Below, piece after piece: positions 38,901 to 46,374 of a DNA stretch of 64,000 nt (its first letter is position 1; each line of letters begins with the position of its first letter). The notes under the pieces were generated by a model that saw only the letters and a list, made by a program, of their open reading frames with translations, made no database searches and was not told where the DNA came from. Location of the stretch: assembly GCA_016699425.1 (NCBI GenBank), contig CP064975.1, positions 194,979 to 258,978 on the forward strand, in the 5' to 3' direction. This DNA is from Candidatus Moraniibacteriota bacterium. GTDB taxonomy: Bacteria > Patescibacteriota > Minisyncoccia > Moranbacterales > UBA1568. A program made the position numbers and the translations under genes.

Positions 38901-39116
38901 GCGCAGAAGACGCAGGAGGATGGGAATCCGGTTACGAACCATACGGTGGTTATTTCCGGCCTCTCGCCGTCGAAAGTCTATCACTTGCGCGTCATCACTC
39001 GGGACAAGGCCGGGAACGTCGGTAATTCGATCGATACGGTCGCCATCACTCCTAAGGCCACGGCGAACGCGCTCGATCTCGTGATCACGAGCCTTCGATC
39101 GATTCTCGGTCAATAA
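32979..39116 (+). CDS. 2046 aa cell-surface protein (ORF-track 32892..39116 = 2074 aa): N-terminal TM anchor, two LamG/ConA-like lectin domains, ~17 tandem ~55-aa repeats, multiple fibronectin type III domains
   Basis: Anchor WQFNAVSVFFLGLGALAGFYLTL. LamG-like LDESSGNAADSSGNNNTGTV...GNFTVEAWTKFD and NWHHLAVAYDGSSIELYIDGV...IDEVRISN. Repeats AEVW.C.......W.KIGGDG.NS.W. Fn3-like PYFSWTGASDAGSGIGGYYVYFGTD...TTYYLRIRARD repeated. Start may be an upstream GTG or Met. Confidence 0.7.
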   Translation: MAALWRKQIVIAKWQFNAVSVFFLGLGALAGFYLTLSGVIPKILAADTTDTWNFTVSGDYTPSDAGLVEVASSTGRLKVRNYATDGNTAALYHLDESSGNAADSSGNNNTGTVANGTYAAGSLNNALGFNGSTSLFTAADSSSLSLTGNFTVEAWTKFDSAFSSTSNRNRQGVLDKGPYRLYYDHETGKAVFEMAPSSANDWAQVAGPDMLNTNGVSINAEINKSWDANSKNFVWKQVVVGSDIYVALGSATTGTTVTGDAEVWKCTACATSPVWSKIGGDGINSSWADGLYEDASSIVTDGTNIYTGIGNSSGEAEVWRYDGTNWTKVGGDTVNSSWLIAAPGPYERVTSMVADGTTIYAGLGTTANDAEVWRCTNCDSSPTWAKIGGDGTGAGGQSWPAGYEDVTELAIVNGTILAVGLGTTGNDGELWTCATSSCTVTSGWTKRGGDASGSGGQSWTNTIEEVRSITSSGTVIYVGTGFSAGEADVWRCDLGGTCTTTSGWTQVGGDGLNSGWAASTYERVWSLLASGTTVYAGLGDTAADAEVWSCANCATTPVWSKLGGDGTGISGQSWGNTSGASFLYASSLSLIGTNLFVGASSGAGTSGAEVWTCDTGATCTNTAGWTRVAGNYLNKSWGTFNLNSVESMTTIGGKLYAGTGYDTGAATANGNALVWEYDGTNWTMIGGQGINSSWTYGHPTLTTVTYRSITSMTGYNGTLIVGLGGGTNGDAEVWSWNGTTWIKIGGDGTGTGGQSWAAGTKRSVPAMMVVGSVLYAGLQGTAAGDGEMWTCDLAATCTTTAGWTFRGGDATGAGGQSWNNTTFEAVWSMTARGTNLYIGLGTSANDAEVWTCDTGATCTQTVGWTKIGGDSINSGWTTNYEEVSALSWYRGELYAGLGASTGDAELWKWNGTNWGGAPVAGDGLNGAWSDALYERVKGIVSYNGDLIVALGDSAAGEGEVWKFDTTTWSRIGGDGSNSGWTNIVERINALQVYKGKLYAGTGFTANSDATIWAYGDNIRLESTTTSQDTNWHHLAVAYDGSSIELYIDGVLDTSISTSATMLDTVHPLLLGSLSGNSGAERIAAGFNGMIDEVRISNIARSSFNTTPYTNTRVAVQPSAAVRLVGTQSWDTFSTTETANGGTITYRLSDDGGTTWKYWDGAAWVASSGFTQANDETTVNTNISTFPVTEDGFLWQAVFLGDGNQRVTLNEVILESTSDLVVPVEPNALTALDQFGGAVNLTTNTWYTYTAPYFSWTGASDAGSGIGGYYVYFGTDNTADPQTAGTFQPASTFTPSGLTSGTTYYLRIRARDNAQNVSPIYAAFIYRLDTTGPQNPTGVTVAPTGYSSTNDFTFFWTNTASDPASGVAGYQYQVGATAAPGSWSTTITATSLNLPGAAYQTGENLFHLRTIDYAGNVSSVNVQVAFYYAGTGPTAPQNVDVSPASNSLNSFAFSWDAPSSYSGDANDLTYCYTVNTLPSEITCSFTSAGATSLSAAAFATQVGTNTFYVVAKNADVVGGAINYGAYGSVSFTANTSAPGIPLNVEIADVSVKSTSSWKIALSWEPPSTGASSVQDYEIFRSTDGTTYADVASTTGIAFVDTGLLQQTYYYKIRACDNVHNCGTFSTAVELLPSGRFTTAAELSAEPKVSLITTRSATIGWSTDRASDSKVQYGKSARSYFSEEPSNSDQLTEHEIKLSNLSPGTRYYFKAKWTDEDGNTGVSTETSFETLPAPTVTDPQAKSIGLSNVVLEFTAEDANSVKIYYGTTASFGSVKEIATSTTKTTYNVTLDNLLDGTKYYYKVNTLDSEDEEYDGSILSFETLPRPKISNVRIQQVRGSAQTVMLVSWATNTETSSIVTYYPEGKPEESRDEVNVKLQKGEHKVIVRNLIPQTPYVLVVRGRDKAGNEAESDPQRFTTATDTRPPQVIDVNIEGTVSTQTGDNTDEQAEAQIVVSWTTDEQSTSQVEYGEGTGTSYAQKTQEDGNPVTNHTVVISGLSPSKVYHLRVITRDKAGNVGNSIDTVAITPKATANALDLVITSLRSILGQ

Positions 39117-39131
39117 CCCCGGACTACAACC

Positions 39132-40313
39132 ATGCCGACACAAAAACCAACCAAGACAGGCGTATCGCGGAAGCGGCCGGTTCGTCGAGTGGCAGGGTCC
39201 GCGGTGAAACCGGAACGGGATCCCGCCGTCGTGCCCGAGAAGAAGACGGTGACGACTGTTCGTCGGCGGACTGTCCGTCGTGTGAGTTTGCCGGAAGTGC
39301 CGAATTTGGCCCCAGCACCGGCCAAGAAAGCTCCCAAACGAGCAGTGCGTCAGACGGCGCTGCCGGAAGCTAGTGTTTCCCTCTCGGCCGGTACGAAGGC
39401 GACTGCTGAGCCGTCAGTGCGTCGGAGTGTGCCGTCCGTGACCGCACCTGCCGCTTCGCCACAGCCTGCACCGGTGTCAACGCCGGCGTCGAACCCGTCT
39501 CCTCGACCGTCCGCTTTCAGTCTGCCTGCTGCACCTGCCGCACCTACGCCGCAGACGGGAGATGAGATTATCCGTGCCACAGATGTCTTCAAGGCTTTCG
39601 ATATCGGGACGCAAATGGTGCTCGTTTTGAAGGGTGTGACCTTCTCTGTGACTCGCGGGGATTTCATGGTGCTCTTCGGTGCTTCAGGTTGCGGCAAGTC
39701 AACACTGCTGCATATCCTCCTCGGACTCGAGCCACCGACGAAAGGTACGATCACCTTCCTCAATGAAGACATGTACGCGGGTCGCTCGGAGGATGACCGG
39801 GCGCAATTTCGCAAGTACCATATCGGTATGGTGTATCAGCAGTCGAACTGGGTGAAATCACTCACCGTCCTCGAAAATGTCGCGTTCCCGATGATGCTCT
39901 TGGGCGAAGACAAGACGAAAAGCTTGGAGAAAGCCTATGATACTCTCAAGGTGATGAAGATGGAGAATTGGGCGCACTACCATCCGATGGAATTGTCCGG
40001 CGGACAGCAGCAGCGCGTCGCAGTCGCCCGAGCGATCATCACTGATCCGGAAGTGCTGGTCGCGGATGAACCGACGGGAAACCTCGACTACGAGGCCGGA
40101 CAGAACCTGATGTACCTCCTCAATGACTTGAATCATATGGGCAAGACCATCATCATGGTGACGCATGACCTCGAGTACATCCAGTACTCCAAGACAGCCC
40201 TGAATATGAAGGATGGCCGGATCGAAGGTATCTACCGGGACAAAGAGAAAACGACACTCGAATCCAAACTGACATACAAGAAGGCGGATTTCAGTTCGCT
40301 TGAGAAAAAATAG
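39132..40313 (+). CDS. ABC transporter ATP-binding protein (MacB/FtsE-like) with ~140-aa Pro/Ala/Arg-rich N-terminal extension
   Basis: Walker [15 protein letters not shown], signature [14 protein letters not shown], Walker [12 protein letters not shown]. The conserved domain is preceded by low-complexity [12 protein letters not shown]... Confidence 0.85.
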   Translation: MPTQKPTKTGVSRKRPVRRVAGSAVKPERDPAVVPEKKTVTTVRRRTVRRVSLPEVPNLAPAPAKKAPKRAVRQTALPEASVSLSAGTKATAEPSVRRSVPSVTAPAASPQPAPVSTPASNPSPRPSAFSLPAAPAAPTPQTGDEIIRATDVFKAFDIGTQMVLVLKGVTFSVTRGDFMVLFGASGCGKSTLLHILLGLEPPTKGTITFLNEDMYAGRSEDDRAQFRKYHIGMVYQQSNWVKSLTVLENVAFPMMLLGEDKTKSLEKAYDTLKVMKMENWAHYHPMELSGGQQQRVAVARAIITDPEVLVADEPTGNLDYEAGQNLMYLLNDLNHMGKTIIMVTHDLEYIQYSKTALNMKDGRIEGIYRDKEKTTLESKLTYKKADFSSLEKK

Positions 40314-40316
40314 CCT

Positions 40317-42446
40317 ATGTGGTTCAGGAAAAAGACAACCATCCCGTCCTCGCCCAGTCTGCCTTCGGACAGCGCGGTGCCGACGGGAAAGAAAATACCG
40401 AAGCACTGGGGTATAGTCGGCTGGGTCCGCTCTATCGCCTGGTTCTTCCGGCACAGCTTCATTCGGATCTTCGTCTTCATCCTGCTCATCCTCACCTATA
40501 TCCTTGCTAAGATTTCTTTCCATATCTGGTACTGGCGCGTGTTGTGGCGGGAGCGGCACAGCCGGGGGGACGGCACCGGGTCCGGCACGCCCTCAGAGAT
40601 TCTGTTTTCGCGCTATGCGGAGCGGCTGTTCCGGATATTCCACACCGCGAACGGCGAGAGTATCGACAAGATTAGTCTCATCGAGATCGCGATTCGTAAC
40701 ATGAAAGGAAAGAAGACTCGAACGGCTGTGACGATTGGCGGCATGGCGATCGGCATCGGATCGATTGTCTTTCTCGTTTCGATCGGCTATGGACTGCAGC
40801 GTCTCGTCATCTCCCAGGTTGCCAAGCTCGAAGAGATGCAGCAGGCTGATGTGTCACTCCAACCGGGTGGAAAGATCAAGATCCAGGATCGGACAATCGC
40901 TGATTTCACGCAGATCCCAAATATTGCCTCGGTTGATCCGCTCATCTCTGTCGTCGGGAGGGTGAATTATCAGAACTCGGTGTCGGACATGGCGGTGTAT
41001 GGTGTCACGACACAATACCTCGCACAATCGGCCCTCCGCCCAGTCCAAGGAGAGTTTTTTGAGAGCCACGAGATCGTGCTGCCTTCGGGTGCCGAGGCAG
41101 AGGCGGCCGTCCGAGAGAAACCGAAGCGGCAAGGTGAGATCGTCGAGAAAGTCGCATTTTCAACGACTGGCTTGAAGTGGGTTCGGCTCCGGGCAGAACC
41201 GAATGCGGATTCAGCTTTCCTCGGATACGGGAAGATTGAGGAGACGGAAGTGATGGGAGACATCGTCTGGGGCGGTTCTTATACTGCGAACGACACGTTC
41301 GGAAAGGCTGGTTTCGATGCCGATAATCAGCCGGTCGGGAAATGGGTGCGCGGGAATTTCTCGCTGTTTGAGGAGACGGCCTGTTCGACCGCTGAAGCTG
41401 ATTGCATCGGCGGGAAATACCTCTTGATGCGCGATGAGAGTGAGACGCCGATCGTCCGGCAGGCGTATCTCGCGGTGACAGATGACTGGCTAACCCTGCG
41501 CGTGCTCAACGCGGAAGAAAAGAGCACACTCGCTTCGGCCGAGGCACAGAACCCAACCTTCAATATCCGGGAATCCGGCGATGGCTGGGTGGAAGTGGAC
41601 GGCGAAGGCGAAGCGACCGTAACAGACAACACCGAACGGGTCGCTTTGGCGACAAGTGCGAAGCGCGAGGCAGTGGTGAGTCGTGCGATGCTCCGCGTCC
41701 TCTCGATTCCCGAAGGTGAAGCAGTCGGTAAAACATTCAATACGAGTTTCGTCGTGACCGGCAGCCTCCTCGCCGACTCACAGAAGAAGGTGGAGTCGGT
41801 TCCTGAAGACTATACGATTGTCGGTGTGATTCCTGAAGACAAGACCCCGATATTCTATGTTCCGTTCATCGATCTCCGAGGCCTTGGAATCGAATACTAC
41901 TCCCAGGCCAAGGTGACGGCGCGGAGCCAAGAGGTCCTGGCAGATGTGCGCAAGCAGGTCGAGAGCATGGGATTTGTGACGAACTCGGTCGCGGACACAG
42001 TGACGCAGATCAATTCGTTTTTTGCGAGTGCCCGGATCATTCTCGGCCTCCTCGGCATGGTCGCACTCGGTGTGGCGGCCTTGGGCATGTTCAATACCCT
42101 CACGGTATCCCTCCTCGAGCGTACTCGCGAAGTCGGTCTCATGAAAGCGATCGGGATGAAATCGGTCGAGGTCCAAGAACTCTTCCTGACAGAATCGATG
42201 GTGATGGCCTTCTTCGGTGGCATCCTTGGCCTCTTGGTCGGCCTCATCGGCGGCAAGGCACTTGGCGCGGGACTGTCGCTTCTCGCGATTTTCAAGGGTG
42301 CCGGCGCAATCGACGTATCGTATATCCCACCTTCTTTCGTTATTGCGATTCTGGTCTTCTCGTTGATTGTCGGCATTGTGACGGGTATCTATCCGGCTCG
42401 GCGCGCGACAAGTATCTCTGCTCTGAACGCTCTCCGGTATGAATAG
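40317..42446 (+). CDS. ABC transporter permease, FtsX/MacB family with large extracytoplasmic domain
   Basis: N-terminal TM, ~500-aa extracytoplasmic region, C-terminal FtsX-like TMs (LLGMVALGVAALGMFNTLTVSLLERTREVGLMKAIGMKS...). Starts 4 nt after the ATPase stop. Confidence 0.75.
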   Translation: MWFRKKTTIPSSPSLPSDSAVPTGKKIPKHWGIVGWVRSIAWFFRHSFIRIFVFILLILTYILAKISFHIWYWRVLWRERHSRGDGTGSGTPSEILFSRYAERLFRIFHTANGESIDKISLIEIAIRNMKGKKTRTAVTIGGMAIGIGSIVFLVSIGYGLQRLVISQVAKLEEMQQADVSLQPGGKIKIQDRTIADFTQIPNIASVDPLISVVGRVNYQNSVSDMAVYGVTTQYLAQSALRPVQGEFFESHEIVLPSGAEAEAAVREKPKRQGEIVEKVAFSTTGLKWVRLRAEPNADSAFLGYGKIEETEVMGDIVWGGSYTANDTFGKAGFDADNQPVGKWVRGNFSLFEETACSTAEADCIGGKYLLMRDESETPIVRQAYLAVTDDWLTLRVLNAEEKSTLASAEAQNPTFNIRESGDGWVEVDGEGEATVTDNTERVALATSAKREAVVSRAMLRVLSIPEGEAVGKTFNTSFVVTGSLLADSQKKVESVPEDYTIVGVIPEDKTPIFYVPFIDLRGLGIEYYSQAKVTARSQEVLADVRKQVESMGFVTNSVADTVTQINSFFASARIILGLLGMVALGVAALGMFNTLTVSLLERTREVGLMKAIGMKSVEVQELFLTESMVMAFFGGILGLLVGLIGGKALGAGLSLLAIFKGAGAIDVSYIPPSFVIAILVFSLIVGIVTGIYPARRATSISALNALRYE

Positions 42447-42492
42447 ACGGGGTGATGTTACAATAAATCAGTAAGCTCGATAATAATATCCT

Positions 42493-42933
42493 ATGCTCGT
42501 CAAAGAAATTATGACCACGGACATCATCTCCGTGAAGTCGGACAGTTCCGCACAAGCCGTGGCGGACCTGATCGTACAACACCAGATTCATGCTGTGCCT
42601 ATCGTGAACGAACTGTTTGAACTGCAAGGCATCGTGGCTGAAGGGGACTTCTTCTACCAGCATTCCGGTCCGGTGACGATGGCCGCATACCTGGTCAATC
42701 GTCTGACCAAGAAGAAGGCAGCTCCGGATGGCGCCAATCTGTCGGCTGTGTTGGTGAGCGATATTATGGCGAGTCCCTGCATCACGATCGCCCCGACGGC
42801 TACTGTCGAAGAGGCTGGTGCTATCTTGGTCGAGAAGAATTTCAATACATTGCCCGTGGTAAATGATACCAATACGCTTGTCGGGATCGTCACTGCTCAC
42901 GATGTACTGAAGTCATTGCTCGCGGCCAATTAA
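42493..42933 (+). CDS. CBS domain pair protein
   Basis: MLVKEIMTTDIISVK...HQIHAVPIVNE... and DIMASPCITIAP...FNTLPVVND..LVGIVTAHDVL, two CBS motifs. Confidence 0.75.
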   Translation: MLVKEIMTTDIISVKSDSSAQAVADLIVQHQIHAVPIVNELFELQGIVAEGDFFYQHSGPVTMAAYLVNRLTKKKAAPDGANLSAVLVSDIMASPCITIAPTATVEEAGAILVEKNFNTLPVVNDTNTLVGIVTAHDVLKSLLAAN

Positions 42934-42943
42934 GTCATTTGCT

Positions 42944-44395
42944 ATGGAAGCGTTGCCTGAAAATAAACACAAAAAGATGTTGTCTCTTCGAAACAAGACA
43001 CACCTTCTCCTACTCCTGGTAACGGCCGGGTTTCTGGCCGTCTCGTATGGTCTGGTGTGGCGGATTACGGCAGAGGAATTGCAGGGACTACAGCGGCATC
43101 ATGCCGAGGAACAGATATCGCTGGTTGAGCGACTGCTCAGCCAGGAGATGTCGAATTTGAGCGCGCGACAGGCCGATTGGGCACAATGGGATGATACGTA
43201 CAAATTCATCACTGACCGAAATGAGGAATACATCGAATCGAATCTCAACGACGAATCACTCGCTTTGATCCATGTCGATATCATGGCGTTCGTGAATAAT
43301 GCCGGTGATATTGTGTACGGGAAACAAGTTTATGATGGCGCACCGGCGGAACATTCGATTCCAGCGGAATTCTTGCGTTATTTCCAGAAAGGGAGCGATC
43401 TCTTGGACTTCAAGGAAGGTGTCTTGGTGAAAGAGGGTGTTCTGACAGTCTCAGATACAATGTTGCTCGTCTCCGCTCAGCCGATCACGATGAGCGACAG
43501 CCAAGGTGTCCGCCGAGGGACGCTTATCTTCGGCCGCTACCTCGACCAGGGTTTCAGCGAAGGACTGAGCTCTTTGTCGGGTATGGATGTCCAGCTGAAA
43601 CCATATGATTCCGACCGGTCTGTCGGGCATGATGCTCAGTCGGCATTGCTCCGGCCAGAAGCACGAACCGTCATTGAATCTACTTCGGATGAGACGATCG
43701 GCCTCCGGTTGTTGGACAATATCTTCGGGAATCCGTCGCTGGTTCTGCGAGTTGAATATCCCTCTCAGATCATCCGGGACGGCCGGTCATTCCTGTGGAA
43801 CGGGCTGTGGTATTCGCTCTTCGCACTGATCACTTATATCAGCCTGCTTATCGTGCTCATCGATTATTTCCTCCTGAGGCGAATCGAGAACATGCGTCGG
43901 ATCGCGCGCAAGGTGAGTGTCTTGCATGCTGGCGGATTACCGGAAGGCGATGTGGATGACTTCTCCTATCTGGCGTCGGTCATGATGGGCGCTATCAAGA
44001 ATATCCAGAATTCGAATGAGATTGCCGTCGGGAGCCGGGACGAGCTCGAGATGTTCAAGACGGCGCTCGATGAGAGTTTCGACCACATGATTATCACTGA
44101 TCCTGAGGGAAAGATCCTGCATGCGAATGTTGCGGCGGAAAAGCTTACCGGGTATACCCGCCAGGAAATGGTCGGCCAGACGCCGGCTCTTTGGGGGCGG
44201 CAGATGCCAGCCGAGTTCTATAAGGAACTTTGGGATACGATCCGACTCCACAAGCAGAGGTATGAGGGCGAGATTACGAATCGGACCAAGAAGGGTGCTC
44301 AGTACCGCGCGCAGATTCGCGTCGCACCGATTCTCGACCATAAGCGGCAGGTATTGTATTTCGTCGGTATCGAACGGCCGGCCGACAAAGGCTAA
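42944..44395 (+). CDS. membrane sensor protein: TM, extracytoplasmic sensor domain, TM, cytoplasmic PAS domain; no kinase or other output domain
   Basis: TM LLLLLVTAGFLAVSYGLVW, sensor region with DWAQWDDTYKF, second TM LWNGLWYSLFALITYISLLIVLI, PAS MIITDPEGKILHANVAAEKLTGYTRQEMVGQTPALWG...TNRTKKGAQY. The ORF stops right after the PAS domain. Confidence 0.6.
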   Translation: MEALPENKHKKMLSLRNKTHLLLLLVTAGFLAVSYGLVWRITAEELQGLQRHHAEEQISLVERLLSQEMSNLSARQADWAQWDDTYKFITDRNEEYIESNLNDESLALIHVDIMAFVNNAGDIVYGKQVYDGAPAEHSIPAEFLRYFQKGSDLLDFKEGVLVKEGVLTVSDTMLLVSAQPITMSDSQGVRRGTLIFGRYLDQGFSEGLSSLSGMDVQLKPYDSDRSVGHDAQSALLRPEARTVIESTSDETIGLRLLDNIFGNPSLVLRVEYPSQIIRDGRSFLWNGLWYSLFALITYISLLIVLIDYFLLRRIENMRRIARKVSVLHAGGLPEGDVDDFSYLASVMMGAIKNIQNSNEIAVGSRDELEMFKTALDESFDHMIITDPEGKILHANVAAEKLTGYTRQEMVGQTPALWGRQMPAEFYKELWDTIRLHKQRYEGEITNRTKKGAQYRAQIRVAPILDHKRQVLYFVGIERPADKG

Positions 44396-44414
44396 ACCCG
44401 TTCCAAATATGGGG

Positions 44415-44442
44415 TTGACGGTATTTTTTAGCAGTCTATAAT
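44415..44442 (+). promoter_or_regulatory. groEL promoter TTGACG-16-TATAAT
   Basis: TTGACG 44415-44420, TATAAT 44437-44442. Confidence 0.6.
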
Positions 44443-44454
44443 AGAGAGTGCTAA
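44428..44454 (+). promoter_or_regulatory. CIRCE inverted repeat (HrcA operator) overlapping the groEL -10
   Basis: TTAGCAGTC-N9-GAGTGCTAA versus consensus TTAGCACTC-N9-GAGTGCTAA (one mismatch). Confidence 0.75.
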
Positions 44455-44552
44455 TTGATTAACCATAGCCAACGACCTACAACTTGCCGACATACGGACT
44501 GAAGTCTTCGGTCGTTGGTGGTGTGTTGTGAGTTGATGGTTCGACAACATGT

Positions 44553-46229
44553 ATGGCGAAGCAAGTGATTTTTAGCGAGGATGCTCGCAAGCGCGTGAAA
44601 GCCGGTATCGACAAGGTGGCGAATGCAGTCCGCGTCACCATGGGTCCGAAGGGGAGGAATGTGCTCCTTGGTAAGGCATATGGTGGACCGACGATCACCA
44701 ATGACGGCGTGTCTATCGCCAAAGAGATTGAGCTCGCGGATCCGTTTGAAAACCTGGGAGCCGAGCTCATCAAGCAGGTCGCCGAAAAGACGAATGATGT
44801 CGCCGGGGACGGGACGACGACCGCGACAGTCATCACCCAGGCACTCGTCCGGGAAGGTCTGAAGTTCGTCGAGACGGGGATCAATCCGGTCGGCATCCGT
44901 CACGGTATGGAGGCCGCCAAAGACGATGTTATCGCACTCCTCGAAAAAAATTCGAAAAAAATCACTTCGAAGGAAGAGCAGGTGAATGTTGCAACTATCT
45001 CGGCTGAATCGCCCGAGATGGGTCGGATGATTGCCGATGTAATGGAGGATGTCGGGGAAGACGGCGTCGTCACGGTCGAACAGTCGCAGACTATGGGGCT
45101 CTCGAAAGAGGTCGTGACGGGGATGAATTTCGACAAGGGCTATATCTCCCAGTATATGATGACGGATGTGGCCAGTCAGACGGCCGAGATCAAGGACCCG
45201 TTCATCCTTATCACTGACAAGAAGATCTCTTCGATGCAGGAAATCCTGCCGGTGCTCGAGAAGATGGCTCAGGGCGGGAAGAAAGACGTCGTCATCATCG
45301 CCGACGATGTCGATGGTGAGGCGCTCGCGACCCTCGTGGTCAACCGTCTCCGTGGCGTCTTGAACGTGCTCGCCGTGAAGGCACCGGAATTCGGCGACAA
45401 CCGGAAGGCCGTGCTCGAAGACATCGCTATCCTGACGGGTGGGCAAGTCATCTCGTCGGACAAGGGAATGAAACTCGAATCGACCGAGCTCGCGATGCTC
45501 GGCCACGCAACCAAAGTCATCGCGACGAAGGACGAGACGACCATCGTCGGTGGCAAGGGGAAGAAGAAGGATATCGAAGGCCGGGTTACACAGCTCCGGG
45601 GTCTCATGGACAAGGAAACCAATCGCGGCCAGTACTCGGACTATGCACGGTTTCAGAAACGCATGGCCAAGCTCGCGGGTGGCGTGGCGGTTATCCGGGT
45701 CGGGGCAGCCACCGAGACTGAGCTGACCTATATGAAGCACAAGATGGAAGACGCGGTCGCGGCCACCAAAGCAGCCATCGCCGAGGGTATCGTCGCGGGT
45801 GGTGGAACGGCCTATGCCAAGGCTGCAGCAGCGATCGCCCTCCAGAAAAATAGCAAAGCGAAGACACTTCTCCACAACGACCATGAATTTTCGGCCGGGT
45901 ATACGGCTTTGCTCAAGTCGCTGTATGAGCCGCTCCGGCAGATTGCGATGAACGCCGGTGTCCAGGAAGAGGCCGTAGTCATGAATCGGGTTGTAGAGTC
46001 GAAGGGTGCGAATTTCGGCTACAACGCACTGACCGGCACGTATGAAGAGGATATGATCAAAGCGGGAATTATCGATCCTTTGAAAGTGACTCGGACGGCG
46101 CTCGAGAATGCCGTCTCGGTCGCTGCTCTCCTCCTGACGACCGAAGCTGCCGAGGTCGATCTCCCGGAAGAGAAAAAGGACGCGGCCGCAGGCATGCCCG
46201 GTATGGGGGGTATGGGCGGCATGATGTAG
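44553..46229 (+). CDS. groEL: chaperonin GroEL (Cpn60)
   Basis: MAKQVIFSEDARKRVKAGIDKVANAVRVTMGPKGRNVLL...AGDGTTTATV...C-terminal GGMGGMM. No groES reading frame lies between the CIRCE site and groEL. Confidence 0.97.
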   Translation: MAKQVIFSEDARKRVKAGIDKVANAVRVTMGPKGRNVLLGKAYGGPTITNDGVSIAKEIELADPFENLGAELIKQVAEKTNDVAGDGTTTATVITQALVREGLKFVETGINPVGIRHGMEAAKDDVIALLEKNSKKITSKEEQVNVATISAESPEMGRMIADVMEDVGEDGVVTVEQSQTMGLSKEVVTGMNFDKGYISQYMMTDVASQTAEIKDPFILITDKKISSMQEILPVLEKMAQGGKKDVVIIADDVDGEALATLVVNRLRGVLNVLAVKAPEFGDNRKAVLEDIAILTGGQVISSDKGMKLESTELAMLGHATKVIATKDETTIVGGKGKKKDIEGRVTQLRGLMDKETNRGQYSDYARFQKRMAKLAGGVAVIRVGAATETELTYMKHKMEDAVAATKAAIAEGIVAGGGTAYAKAAAAIALQKNSKAKTLLHNDHEFSAGYTALLKSLYEPLRQIAMNAGVQEEAVVMNRVVESKGANFGYNALTGTYEEDMIKAGIIDPLKVTRTALENAVSVAALLLTTEAAEVDLPEEKKDAAAGMPGMGGMGGMM

Positions 46230-46269
46230 GCTTTTCGGAGAGAATAGTGGGTTCACGGCGACTCGAGAG

Positions 46270-46300
46270 TCAGACGATAAAAAGGGGCCACGAGGGCCTC
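46270..46300 (+). terminator. terminator-like hairpin after groEL
   Basis: AAAAAGGGGCCACGAGGGCCTCTTTTTT. Confidence 0.4.
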
Positions 46301-46374
46301 TTTTTTGTGTCCCGCATGCCGTTGGTGGTAGCGTGTTGTATAATAAAGTCAAACGAAAATCAAGAAAAACTGTT

